Source of the DNA: Candidatus Electrothrix sp. GW3-4
Lineage (GTDB): Bacteria > Desulfobacterota > Desulfobulbia > Desulfobulbales > Desulfobulbaceae
Assembly: GCF_037902255.1 (NCBI RefSeq)
Contig: NZ_CP147990.1
Location: forward strand, 2,370,001-2,402,000
Reading direction: 5' to 3'
Length of the DNA stretch: 32,000 nt
Positions 16,584-24,753 of this stretch are shown here, piece by piece (within the stretch, counting starts at the first letter, position 1; every line of letters starts with the position of its first letter). The notes under the pieces were generated by a model. It was not told where the DNA came from, made no database searches, and saw only the letters and a list, made by a program, of their open reading frames with translations. Position numbers and translations under genes: made by a program.

Positions 16584-17720
16584 TCATTCAGCATTTTCAG
16601 AATCTTTCAACGAATCTTCAGACATTTCCTGACGTCGCTTATTATATTCGATAAATTCGGCGGCATGATGACGGCGGCCAAGCTCAAGATGATCCTGAAT
16701 GGATTTATTGCGCGTAAAAGTCGTGTTGGAGGCTGCGTCATGAAATCGGTAGAGGTAGAGCATCTTGTCCAGGTGCAGACATTTTGAATGCAAGAAGAAT
16801 CTTGCGTACAGTTCCCAATCGTCGGCAACCGGAAAATTTCTATTGTATCCTCCGAGACTGCGCAGCGTATCCGCCCGGTATGCACGGACATGATTTGGTC
16901 CGACAGTCAGAAACCAGCCAAACAGCTGATGATGCTCAGGGCCAAAGCTGTCATAAATATCAGGATTGAGGCATTCTCTGTATATCTTTCCCCGGTACTC
17001 AGTATCCCGGTAGCGATCCTTCCAGAAATCACCGTCGAACATATGCGGGCTGCCATCGGAGAAAAAGCTGGCACAGTTTGAATAAACCATCCCCACTTCA
17101 GGATGGGCATCAAAGGCTTGACGAACCTCCTCCACCGCATTATCGGTGAGCATATCATCGTGGTCCAGTTCGATCAGGTACCTGCCATTGGCCATCCGGG
17201 TGGCGACATCCTTCAGGTGTCCGATCTTGCCGCTGTGTTTTATCTGCATCGGACGGACCCGGTAGTCTTCCCTTGCCAGCTCAAGCAGTTTCTGCCAAGT
17301 ACCGTCGCTGGATTCATCGTCCACCACGCACCATTCCCAGTTCGGATACGTTTGTTCACGAAGAGATTGATAGGTGTCTCTGAGAAAATCCCCAGTGTTA
17401 TAGGTTGGCGTATAGATGCTGATCAGTGGCAGGGACTCGTCCAGATGATGGGGGCCGAACAATGTGCCGATATAGCAGCTGTCAATAGCAAGGGTCACCT
17501 CGTCATCCGAGGCATCGGGATTAATATGTATCCACTTTTTCCGTAACTCCAGCCCGGCAATATTTAAAGCCCCTGGAGCAAACTCGCTGGTGACAAGGAC
17601 ATCCGGGGCGAATGAGGCAATATCCCGGAACAATCCGCTGATGTTTTCGCAGACTTTTACTTCATAGGGTACGGTCCAGCTCTTGCCAATAAAGAGCACT
17701 TTTATCCCTGCTGTGGGCAT
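16584..17720 (-). CDS. Family 2 glycosyltransferase with an ~95-aa N-terminal extension
   Basis: ISIYTPTYNTGDFLRDTYQSLREQTYPNWEWCVVDDESSDGT and the DHDD (DxD) motif. SD GGAGG. Confidence 0.85.
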   Translation of the reverse strand: MPTAGIKVLFIGKSWTVPYEVKVCENISGLFRDIASFAPDVLVTSEFAPGALNIAGLELRKKWIHINPDASDDEVTLAIDSCYIGTLFGPHHLDESLPLISIYTPTYNTGDFLRDTYQSLREQTYPNWEWCVVDDESSDGTWQKLLELAREDYRVRPMQIKHSGKIGHLKDVATRMANGRYLIELDHDDMLTDNAVEEVRQAFDAHPEVGMVYSNCASFFSDGSPHMFDGDFWKDRYRDTEYRGKIYRECLNPDIYDSFGPEHHQLFGWFLTVGPNHVRAYRADTLRSLGGYNRNFPVADDWELYARFFLHSKCLHLDKMLYLYRFHDAASNTTFTRNKSIQDHLELGRRHHAAEFIEYNKRRQEMSEDSLKDSENAE

Positions 17721-17765
17721 AGGTCAATCCTCCAGTCTTACCCAGGGGAAAAGGGGACTACTTGG

Positions 17766-18125
17766 TTATGGCAACAACTGAAGAGGCCTTGCGTCCAGCC
17801 CGGTTACATGAAGAAGTTGTTTGTCATTGGTGAGCAAGGTTGCCTTATTGACAAGAGCTGTCGCGCAGATGATAGCGTCAGGGGTTTTCAGTTTACGAGT
17901 TCTTTTTAGGGCAATAGTTTCATTTTTAATGTTTTCATCCAGCGGGTGGATAAGGATGTCACGGAAAAGATTTCTAAGCAAGTTTTCATGCTTATCGGAA
18001 AGCCCGGAGAAAGAAAGTAATTCGATTTCGGTAATGACAGATATACCGTACGCATCTTCAGCAAGCGGTGTTGCCAGTTGATTGTTGAGCAGGTAGATAA
18101 CAGCATTAGTGTCAAGAATCACCAT
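17766..18125 (-). CDS. vapC: PIN-domain ribonuclease toxin (VapC-like)
   Basis: MVILDTNAVIYLL..., later acidic residues (TEIEL; TNDKQ) and DAIICATAL. The start is chosen at ATG 18125, 1 nt after the upstream stop. Confidence 0.8.
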   Translation of the reverse strand: MVILDTNAVIYLLNNQLATPLAEDAYGISVITEIELLSFSGLSDKHENLLRNLFRDILIHPLDENIKNETIALKRTRKLKTPDAIICATALVNKATLLTNDKQLLHVTGLDARPLQLLP

Positions 18126-18126
18126 C

Positions 18127-18330
18127 TCACCATTCCTCGTCTCGGATTTTCCTTTGATATTCAACGCCGTCCACAGGCCATTCGACCCGACCGGCATATT
18201 GCATTATATCAGCAGACTGAGGCTGACTCTTCTCTTCTATAATTTTTATTTTATTTCTCGGTAACCCCCTGAGCATTGAGAGTATTATTTTATACAAACT
18301 GTTATCTATTTCCAGATAGAGCGTTTTCAT
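18127..18330 (-). CDS. Putative antitoxin partner of the PIN toxin
   Basis: A 67-aa ORF whose stop abuts the vapC ATG (TGAgATG). The C-terminal ...W..DGVEYQRKIRDEEW tail is typical of small PIN-associated antitoxins. SD GAGAGG. Confidence 0.6.
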   Translation of the reverse strand: MKTLYLEIDNSLYKIILSMLRGLPRNKIKIIEEKSQPQSADIMQYAGRVEWPVDGVEYQRKIRDEEW

Positions 18331-18534
18331 GATGTGCCTCTCTGTGGATTGTCCCCATTTCCATGTCGTAAGAATATGATACCGTTGTTCCTGTTGTCCT
18401 ACAAGAAATATTTCTTATGGAAAAAACGTGCATGTTCGAGTGGTGGTCAGCCTTACCCAGGATGTTACCCTGGGCTGGTTATATATTGCCCTTTCAAGGC
18501 ATCGGTATCCTGTTGATCCGTCGGGCCGCGCGTA

Positions 18535-18654
18535 GGGTGCGAACCTATGTGTTCGCCCTGAATATCCGGGATGCCCGAACCGGGCAGGCACAGGAACCTG
18601 CCCCTACAGGATATCGTTTCATCCCGTCGTAAGGGCACGGCATGCCGTGCCCTT
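18535..18654. repeat. Cluster of three GC-rich hairpin repeats
   Basis: GGGtgCGAAC-ctatgt-GTTCGCCC lies at 18535-18558. GGGCAGG-cacaggaa-CCTGCCC+CTACAGG lies at 18582-18610. A perfect 24-nt palindrome, AAGGGCACGGCATGCCGTGCCCTT, lies at 18631-18654. Confidence 0.5.
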
Positions 18655-18792
18655 ACATACCGATGTAATCTCCGACCGTTGGATGAGGCTATGGAGGAGA
18701 GCGGGTTGTTTTATGTACGATAATGACCCAACGACCGCACGCTACGCGATGCGGTCGTAAAGGGACAAAGATGACAAATAAATCAAAGTGTC

Positions 18793-20232
18793 TTAATCCT
18801 TGAGGCAACGGACAGAGAAGCCGCCTGCGCGGCTGTAGCTGAACAGGGAGGCGAAGCCGCTACTGAAGTCCAAGACGCGGGCGCTGGCTCCATCGACCGT
18901 ACTGCCCCAGTAGATGCCGCTGCTGCCCGCGTTGCCGAGCGTGCCGAAGCTGCTGCGATAACCTGCCGCTACAAGCTTCAGGGGTGAATCAAAAAGTGCG
19001 ATGCCGGTTGCTCCGTATTGATCGATCTCATCCTGCCACTCCGTATCTGTGGGCAACCGGAAGCTGGTGGGACAGGGATTATTTATACCGGCTACACCAT
19101 TCCAGAGCGCGGGGTCCGGCGTGCTCAGCCAATCTGTGAAGCCGGTTATAAAATTCCCATGATCGGGTTGGGGCTGTGCGCCACCCCATTGAGTACCTAC
19201 AGTGCCGCTGTCCCGCTGTTCATGGCCGTCTGTCGGTCGGCCCCACTGGTACAGATCGCCGTAGGCGGCTGTATCGTCAAACGACGTTGCCACCTGACTC
19301 GCACCCAGGTTGCGGTCCATCCAGACCTTGCCGGTAGCAGATGTAACCGTGGGTACGGATAGATCATATACCTTAGTCAACGACATCCAAGCAGTACCGT
19401 CGCACCCCTCGAAATCCGACCCGCTCCAACGGATCTTCCCTGTAGCGGCCGCGTCACAATTCGCGGAAGATGACTCCAACTTCAGCTCACCATCCACATG
19501 CAAGGCCGCCGCAGGGGTGGCTGCACCCGGACCAATACCCACATTCACTGTCGCGGTCACTTGGTCGGTTCCATCTGTCCAGGAGCTGGTACCAGCGGGG
19601 CCTGTGGGGCCTGTGGGCCCCTGAGCACCCTCTGCACCTTGTGGCCCTGCTACTCCCTGCGGACCTTCTGCACCCTGAACTCCCTGAGATCCCTCTGCAC
19701 CTTGCGGACCTGCTACGCCCTGCGGACCTGCTACGCCCTGCGGACCTTCTGCACCCTGAACTCCTTGAGCACCCTGCGCTCCTTGTGGACCTGCTACTCC
19801 CTGCGGACCCTCAGCACCCTGAACTCCCTGAGATCCCTCTGCACCTTGTGGACCTGCTACTCCCTGCGGACCTTCTGCACCCTGAAAGCCCTGAGCACCC
19901 TGCGGGCCAATTTCACCCGTATCACCCTTCCCCGCCATCAGGCTCCAATAGGTCTCATTGGGCGGAATATTGGCGGACGAGGACTCATGATTCTTCACGC
20001 AGAGATAGCTACTGCCACCGTACTGCATCCCGTCTCCGATGGCATACTGAAAGCCGTCCTGCCACTCTCCGGTCCAATAGATGGACGCACCGATATTGGT
20101 CGTACTGCCCAGCGGTATCACCACCACTTTATTCGCCTGCACCGCAGGCGCAGTGAGCATTAAAGAGACCAGACATAGGGCTGCCAGGCTCCGATTTTTT
20201 TTCCTGCTGCTGAAATCTTTCGTTCTTTGCAT
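18793..20232 (-). CDS. Secreted mosaic protein: signal peptide, CBM5/12-like module, collagen-like GXY region, beta-rich stalk, and a C-terminal FISUMP (Fibrobacter succinogenes major paralogous) domain
   Basis: The start is set at ATG 20232 (SD AGGAGA; signal LAALCLVSLMLTAPAVQA). The CBM-like motif is YWTGEWQDGFQYAIGDGMQYGGSSYLCVKNH....P...YW. There are 38 GXY triplets. The FISUMP motifs are VWMDRNLGA..YGDLYQWGR...NPCPTSFRLPTDTEW...GFSVRCLKD. Confidence 0.85.
   Translation of the reverse strand: MQRTKDFSSRKKNRSLAALCLVSLMLTAPAVQANKVVVIPLGSTTNIGASIYWTGEWQDGFQYAIGDGMQYGGSSYLCVKNHESSSANIPPNETYWSLMAGKGDTGEIGPQGAQGFQGAEGPQGVAGPQGAEGSQGVQGAEGPQGVAGPQGAQGAQGVQGAEGPQGVAGPQGVAGPQGAEGSQGVQGAEGPQGVAGPQGAEGAQGPTGPTGPAGTSSWTDGTDQVTATVNVGIGPGAATPAAALHVDGELKLESSSANCDAAATGKIRWSGSDFEGCDGTAWMSLTKVYDLSVPTVTSATGKVWMDRNLGASQVATSFDDTAAYGDLYQWGRPTDGHEQRDSGTVGTQWGGAQPQPDHGNFITGFTDWLSTPDPALWNGVAGINNPCPTSFRLPTDTEWQDEIDQYGATGIALFDSPLKLVAAGYRSSFGTLGNAGSSGIYWGSTVDGASARVLDFSSGFASLFSYSRAGGFSVRCLKD
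19585..19926 (-). repeat. Coding tandem repeat (9-bp GXY periodicity with nested 63/144-bp higher-order units)
   Basis: For example, 19657-19719 and 19801-19863 differ at about 4 of 63 positions. The protein blocks GAEGSQGVQGAEGPQGVAGPQ recur 48 aa apart. Confidence 0.9.
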
Positions 20233-20296
20233 ATACTTTCTCCTGTTTTCCAAACGGAACGCCCAATCGCCCATTAATATTTCTGTTTCTCTGCTA

Positions 20297-20569
20297 TCAG
20301 GAAATCCCGATCGCATTACGTCCAGCGCATTTCGCATCGTTGATCGTGATCTGACAGGCATCAGCCGGGGTCATCTGGCGACAGTTGGGCAGCAGGCTGG
20401 TGACCGGCTCTTCCGCCGGGCCATGGGGTCCCACGCTTCCTTCGACTCCCTCCCGGTTAACCTTGATATTGCCCGAGCGGAGCTCGTCCTTGAGCACAGC
20501 CACCACAACACAGACAACTATCACCAAGCCCACAGCGACAACCGAAGCGATCTGTACCTTTTCCGACAT
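20297..20569 (-). CDS. Small single-pass membrane protein (hypothetical)
   Basis: A 90-aa ORF with an N-terminal TM (IASVVAVGLVIVVCVVVAVL) and a strong SD (GTAGGAGAAAACCATG). It sits directly upstream of the collagen-like gene. Confidence 0.55.
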   Translation of the reverse strand: MSEKVQIASVVAVGLVIVVCVVVAVLKDELRSGNIKVNREGVEGSVGPHGPAEEPVTSLLPNCRQMTPADACQITINDAKCAGRNAIGIS

Positions 20570-20629
20570 GGTTTTCTCCTACTTAGAGTTCAGGAGTTGT
20601 GTATTGCGGGTGATTACCCGTGTTGGTTG

Positions 20630-21571
20630 TTACCCTCCATTGCCTTCGGCAATGTCTTTATTATAGTACTCTACAGTTTTGACGTGATCATCCGGCATCT
20701 TCTCCCCTTCCTTCAATTCTGCGACAACAGCCCTGTTTGTCATGGCAGGTGCATAGGTCGGGTCAATCTCCAACGCCTGATCAAAAAAGGCCAAGGCCTT
20801 TGCTCTCTGCCCTAAAAAGGCATGACATAAGCCGAGGTTCCCATAGGTTTGCGCGGCGTTTTTGTTGAGACTCAACACCTTGTTGAATCCGACAATTGCC
20901 TTTTCATACTCACGATTTTGCAGGAGTGCAAAGGCATTATTAAAGGTATCATTGGATTCAACGTATTTTTCCAAAGACAAACCAGTTTCCTTGAAAACAC
21001 TTGCAGCCATATCTTTCAGAAACTCCTTTGCCCTTTGGACAAACTCTTCTTGTGGATCACCGAATTCAACAACCTTTTGATACGATTTGATTATTTCGCT
21101 GATCTTCAGGAGTTCCCTATACGCATTGCCTCGATTGTACCAGGCCGCGACAAAATAGGGAAATATCTCAAGACATTTATCAAAATAAACAATGGATTCC
21201 CTATAGTTCCCCTTCATGGCCTGAAGGGTTCCCATGCCGTATTGGACAATATACAGGTCAGGATGCTCTTGGATGAGTTTGTTCAGTAGAGTTTCCCCTT
21301 GAGCAAACTCTCCCTGTTCCACATAGGCTAATGCCTTATCGACCTCGTCGTCAATCGCCGGATCAATCTTTGCTATAAAGCTCTTGTATTGAGATTTTTT
21401 CAGCTTTTCCAGTGAGTATTGCTCTGCCTGGGCATAATGGGTACAGCCCTCACAATCGGCGTTGCGAATCTCAGCACAACAGCGTGGGCAGATAAAGGTT
21501 TTATTTTGGAGTGTACACAAACGTTTGCCCTTCACTTTCAGGCAAAGACTACATTTATTTTTCTTTATCAT
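20630..21571 (-). CDS. Zinc-ribbon plus tetratricopeptide-repeat protein
   Basis: N-terminal CSLC...CPRCC...CEGC cysteine pairs, then several TPR units (A..YN.GN.Y......A...Y.KA.E..P pattern). Confidence 0.85.
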   Translation of the reverse strand: MIKKNKCSLCLKVKGKRLCTLQNKTFICPRCCAEIRNADCEGCTHYAQAEQYSLEKLKKSQYKSFIAKIDPAIDDEVDKALAYVEQGEFAQGETLLNKLIQEHPDLYIVQYGMGTLQAMKGNYRESIVYFDKCLEIFPYFVAAWYNRGNAYRELLKISEIIKSYQKVVEFGDPQEEFVQRAKEFLKDMAASVFKETGLSLEKYVESNDTFNNAFALLQNREYEKAIVGFNKVLSLNKNAAQTYGNLGLCHAFLGQRAKALAFFDQALEIDPTYAPAMTNRAVVAELKEGEKMPDDHVKTVEYYNKDIAEGNGG

Positions 21572-21603
21572 ATTTTCTTGTCGTTATAAGTAGGTCACCT
21601 TGA

Positions 21604-21673
21604 ATAATCGACACTTCTTATGCTCCAATATGCCGATAAATCAGTTCGGCAGCTAAATTGGAGTGTCGATTAT
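21604..21673. other. About 70-nt compound stem-loop in the intergenic region (function unknown)
   Basis: ATAATCGACAC(T)[tcttatg]CTCCAAT pairs with ATTGGAGTGTCGATTAT (21657-21673). It encloses an inner hairpin, TGCCGA-taaatcagt-TCGGCA (21631-21651). Confidence 0.35.
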
Positions 21674-21755
21674 ATTTAGCCGGGTACTTACCAGCCGATA
21701 ACAGCTTATTTTTCAACACCTAAGAAGTATCGTCCTCCTTAAACCTTAAACAATA

Positions 21756-22394
21756 TCACCAAAGCTTGAGTTGTCGGTCATGTTTCTTGACCTGTTCTTC
21801 TTCCTTTTTCTTCCTCTTCTTTTCAGCAATCTCTCGGTTTATTTCAGCCCGGCGTTCTTTTTTGGCCTGAGCAGCTGCTTCTTCCTGCTTTTTCTTTTCA
21901 GCCATGAACTGCTCAATTTCCCTGGCCTCCTCCTCGTCTGCCATTTCATAAACGACTTCGTCAACCAAGGCATCAACCTTGCTCTCTACTACTTTTTTCG
22001 GAAGAAGAAAGCCACCCTTGGTCACGACAAAGGAAAGGGAGTCGACAATCTCGTTGGTGCAGAACTTCTTGTCAGCAAAAGAAATATTCAGCGTTTTTTC
22101 AATAACAGTGGCCTTATTAGCTGTCGTTGTTTTGTTGGTACCGAAAAAATCACATATCACATCAGCGGTCAGGAAATTTTCATTCTCCTTATCAAAAAGA
22201 AAATTCGCTCGGGCTATCACATACACAATGGAAGCAGCCCAAATTTCTTTCTTTCCACGAGTGATTGTCAACTTACGATTCTGACCTAATGCAATGCATA
22301 ATCGTATTGAGCAGGCGATTAATTCCTCGTTGAGATAACGGGTACCAAAGGACCGGACCAGTTCAATTATTTCTTTTGTTCTTTTCTCATTCAT
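21756..22394 (-). CDS. Hypothetical protein with a Lys/Glu-rich C-terminal tail (possibly DUF6398-like)
   Basis: An ORF with ATG at 22394 (the TTG at 22418 is an alternative). The central RGKKEIWAASIVYVIARANFLFDKEN motif was matched to the family from memory. The tail is EKKKQEEAAAQAKKERRAEINREIAEKKRKKKEEEQVKK. Confidence 0.65.
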   Translation of the reverse strand: MNEKRTKEIIELVRSFGTRYLNEELIACSIRLCIALGQNRKLTITRGKKEIWAASIVYVIARANFLFDKENENFLTADVICDFFGTNKTTTANKATVIEKTLNISFADKKFCTNEIVDSLSFVVTKGGFLLPKKVVESKVDALVDEVVYEMADEEEAREIEQFMAEKKKQEEAAAQAKKERRAEINREIAEKKRKKKEEEQVKKHDRQLKLW

Positions 22395-22463
22395 CGAAGC
22401 TGTTATATAAAAATACAACCTGATTTTTTGGAGTCAGGCCATCAACTTTTGTATGCTTTGTTA

Positions 22464-22484
22464 TCCCTCCCCGAGGGGGAGGGA
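22464..22484 (-). terminator. TCCCTCCCC/GGGGAGGGA hairpin after the lysS stop
   Basis: A 9-bp perfect stem with loop GAG, 25 nt downstream of the lysS stop on the minus strand. No U-tract. Confidence 0.4.
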
Positions 22485-22508
22485 TTTGACATCAGGTGAA
22501 AATAAAGT

Positions 22509-24020
22509 TCACTTCTTCTTTTTCTTCTTCTTAGGCTCAGCAACAACCTCAGCCTTCAGATGCGGAAAGAGAATCACGTCCCGGATGGACGGAGAATCCG
22601 TGAGCAGCATCACCAGGCGATCAATCCCGATGCCCTCCCCTGCTGCCGATGGCATTCCGTACTCCAGGGCCCGGACATAATCCGCATCCAACTCAGGATG
22701 GATCTCCTCATCATCGCCCCGCTCCGCAATCTGCTTGGCAAAGCGCTCGTGCTGATCAATGGGGTCGTTGAGCTCGGAAAAGGCATTGGCCAACTCCCGC
22801 CCGGTAATAAAGAGCTCAAAGCGGTCAGTGATGGTCGGGTCTTCTTCATTGCGACGAGCCAGCGGAGAGACCTCTGCCGGATAGGCCGTGATAAAGGTGG
22901 GATCAATGAGTTTTTCTTCCACCAGCAGCTCGAACAACTCGGTCTTGGCCTTACCCGGACCGGCATCAGGCTGGAGCTTAATCCCGTGCTTCTTTGCCAA
23001 CCCCATGATGGTGGCATCATCCTTGAGCAGCTCAGGATCAAGGCCGCCCACTTCAATCAGGGCCTCGTCCATGGTGTAGCGCTGCCAAGGTGGTGCCAGA
23101 TTCACCGGGATGCCCTGGTAGACAATCTCTGCTGAGCCACAGACCTGGGTGGCGATGGAGGAAACCATCTCCTCGGTCAAATCCATCAGATCCTCATAAG
23201 TCGCATAGGCCTGGTAGAACTCCAGCATGGTGAATTCCGGATTATGGCGGGTGGAAAGGCCCTCATTGCGGAAGTTACGGTTGATCTCAAAGACCCGCTC
23301 AAAGCCACCCACCAACAGGCGCTTGAGATAGAGCTCCGGCGCGATACGGAGAAAGAGATCCATATCCAAAGCATTATGATGGGTCTTAAAGGGCTTGGCC
23401 GTGGCCCCACCCGGTACCGGCTGCATCATAGGTGTTTCCACCTCCATGAAACCCCGCTCAGTGAGAAATTCGCGCATCAGACGGATAATCTCCACCCGCT
23501 TGCGGAAGGTATCCCGGACCTCAGGATTGACGATCAGGTCCACATAGCGCTGGCGGTAGCGGGTCTCCACATCGGTCAGGCCGTGGAACTTCTCCGGCAA
23601 GGGGCGCAGGGACTTCGTGATCATGTGCAGATGCGCAGCCTCCAGAGAGGGCTCGCCGGTCTTGGTCTTGAACAACTTGCCCTCAACCCCGACGATATCA
23701 CCCACATCCCATTTTTTAAAGAGCTGGAATTCCTCAGCCAGCAGGTCGCGACGGGCATAGATCTGCATCCTTCCGGTCTCATCCTGGACATGAAAAAAGG
23801 CGGCCTTGCCAAATTTGCGCAGAGACATGATACGACCAGCCACCCGATACACCACATCATCCGGGGCATGGGTTTCCGGTTCCAGGTTGTCTGCTAAAGG
23901 CAGAATTTCCCGGACCGCTTGAGGGTTTTTAAAATCATTGCTAAAAAGAGTAACCCCGGCCTCGGCCAGGGTTTCTGCTTTCTCACGTCGCTGCTTGAGG
24001 AGTTGGTTCTGATTGTCCAT
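22509..24020 (-). CDS. lysS: Lysine--tRNA ligase, class II, with a C-terminal heptalysine tail
   Basis: Full-length class IIb layout: an N-terminal OB anticodon-binding domain and motifs 1-3 (e.g. FMEVETPMM, RNEG.S..HNPEFT.LE.Y, GEGIGIDRLVMLLT). It ends ...AEVVAEPKKKKKKK. Confidence 0.95.
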   Translation of the reverse strand: MDNQNQLLKQRREKAETLAEAGVTLFSNDFKNPQAVREILPLADNLEPETHAPDDVVYRVAGRIMSLRKFGKAAFFHVQDETGRMQIYARRDLLAEEFQLFKKWDVGDIVGVEGKLFKTKTGEPSLEAAHLHMITKSLRPLPEKFHGLTDVETRYRQRYVDLIVNPEVRDTFRKRVEIIRLMREFLTERGFMEVETPMMQPVPGGATAKPFKTHHNALDMDLFLRIAPELYLKRLLVGGFERVFEINRNFRNEGLSTRHNPEFTMLEFYQAYATYEDLMDLTEEMVSSIATQVCGSAEIVYQGIPVNLAPPWQRYTMDEALIEVGGLDPELLKDDATIMGLAKKHGIKLQPDAGPGKAKTELFELLVEEKLIDPTFITAYPAEVSPLARRNEEDPTITDRFELFITGRELANAFSELNDPIDQHERFAKQIAERGDDEEIHPELDADYVRALEYGMPSAAGEGIGIDRLVMLLTDSPSIRDVILFPHLKAEVVAEPKKKKKKK

Positions 24021-24159
24021 GTATTTTGTTCTTCTCTTATTTTAACGTTGAAATCCCCTGCTGGTCTTCTACTCCTACAAAGGGCTCTTCATTCTCTGAA
24101 TGAAGAAGATATGGTCGTTATCCTATTTTGCGCAACAAAACAAGTTTATTCCTTAAAGT

Positions 24160-24753
24160 TTATTCCTTAAAGGTCATCTCCTCAGCCTCTTCTTTTTTCA
24201 CGACGACATTCTCCTTTTCTGCTCTTTCTATAACCACGCTTAACTTTTGATATATCCCAAGAGAGATAACAAGAAAGGCTGAGACCATAATCAGAAGAGA
24301 GGGATATACCAGCAGTGTGAGGTCTTTTATGCCTGCCTTGAAAATATATACCAGCCCTTCAATACTGACGGCGATCGAGATGATAACCAAGATCTTGGTT
24401 ATTGTTTTCCTTGCTTCCTCAGGATTACGCAGCTCTTTATTCATCAGGACTTCTTCCTCAACCATGTACTGGGCGACATCCAGTATTGCTGCTGAAATGA
24501 TTATCGCCCCAACAGATTGCAGCATAAGGCTAACAAATCCGTGTTCCTGATTAAAATTAACAATAACCTCGTGAATAGAAAACCCCATAATAGCAATGGA
24601 TAAACAGACAAGGACAAAGGCTGCTATCAGGTATACAACGGTAAAAAGGAGTTCTGTAACTTTTTTTATATCTACCATATTGAGAGGTTTATAGATTGTG
24701 ACCGGGACAAAGGTCCCGGTCTTCGGATTAACAGAGTGTCTTATACCAGACAT
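24160..24753 (-). CDS. Integral membrane protein (four predicted TM segments; hypothetical, possibly PsiE-like)
   Basis: Hydrophobic segments and an acidic C-terminal tail. The start is uncertain: ATG 24753 overlaps ablB by 26 nt, and ATG 24678 follows a hairpin. Confidence 0.6.
   Translation of the reverse strand: MSGIRHSVNPKTGTFVPVTIYKPLNMVDIKKVTELLFTVVYLIAAFVLVCLSIAIMGFSIHEVIVNFNQEHGFVSLMLQSVGAIIISAAILDVAQYMVEEEVLMNKELRNPEEARKTITKILVIISIAVSIEGLVYIFKAGIKDLTLLVYPSLLIMVSAFLVISLGIYQKLSVVIERAEKENVVVKKEEAEEMTFKE

Noticed and set aside
18417-18632. 71-aa plus-strand ORF in the vapB/collagen-gene gap
   Set aside because: It runs through GC-rich hairpin repeats, its peptide (...GQAQEPAPT...) is characteristic of translated repeat elements, and it has no SD.
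19470-20163. Two ~220-aa plus-strand ORFs
   Set aside because: They are antisense frames of the collagen GXY repeat. Repeats of this type keep all frames open.
18793-20232. Diversity-generating retroelement target
   Set aside because: Surface protein variable domains can be DGR targets. However, the window contains no reverse transcriptase and no template/variable repeat pair with A-specific mismatches.
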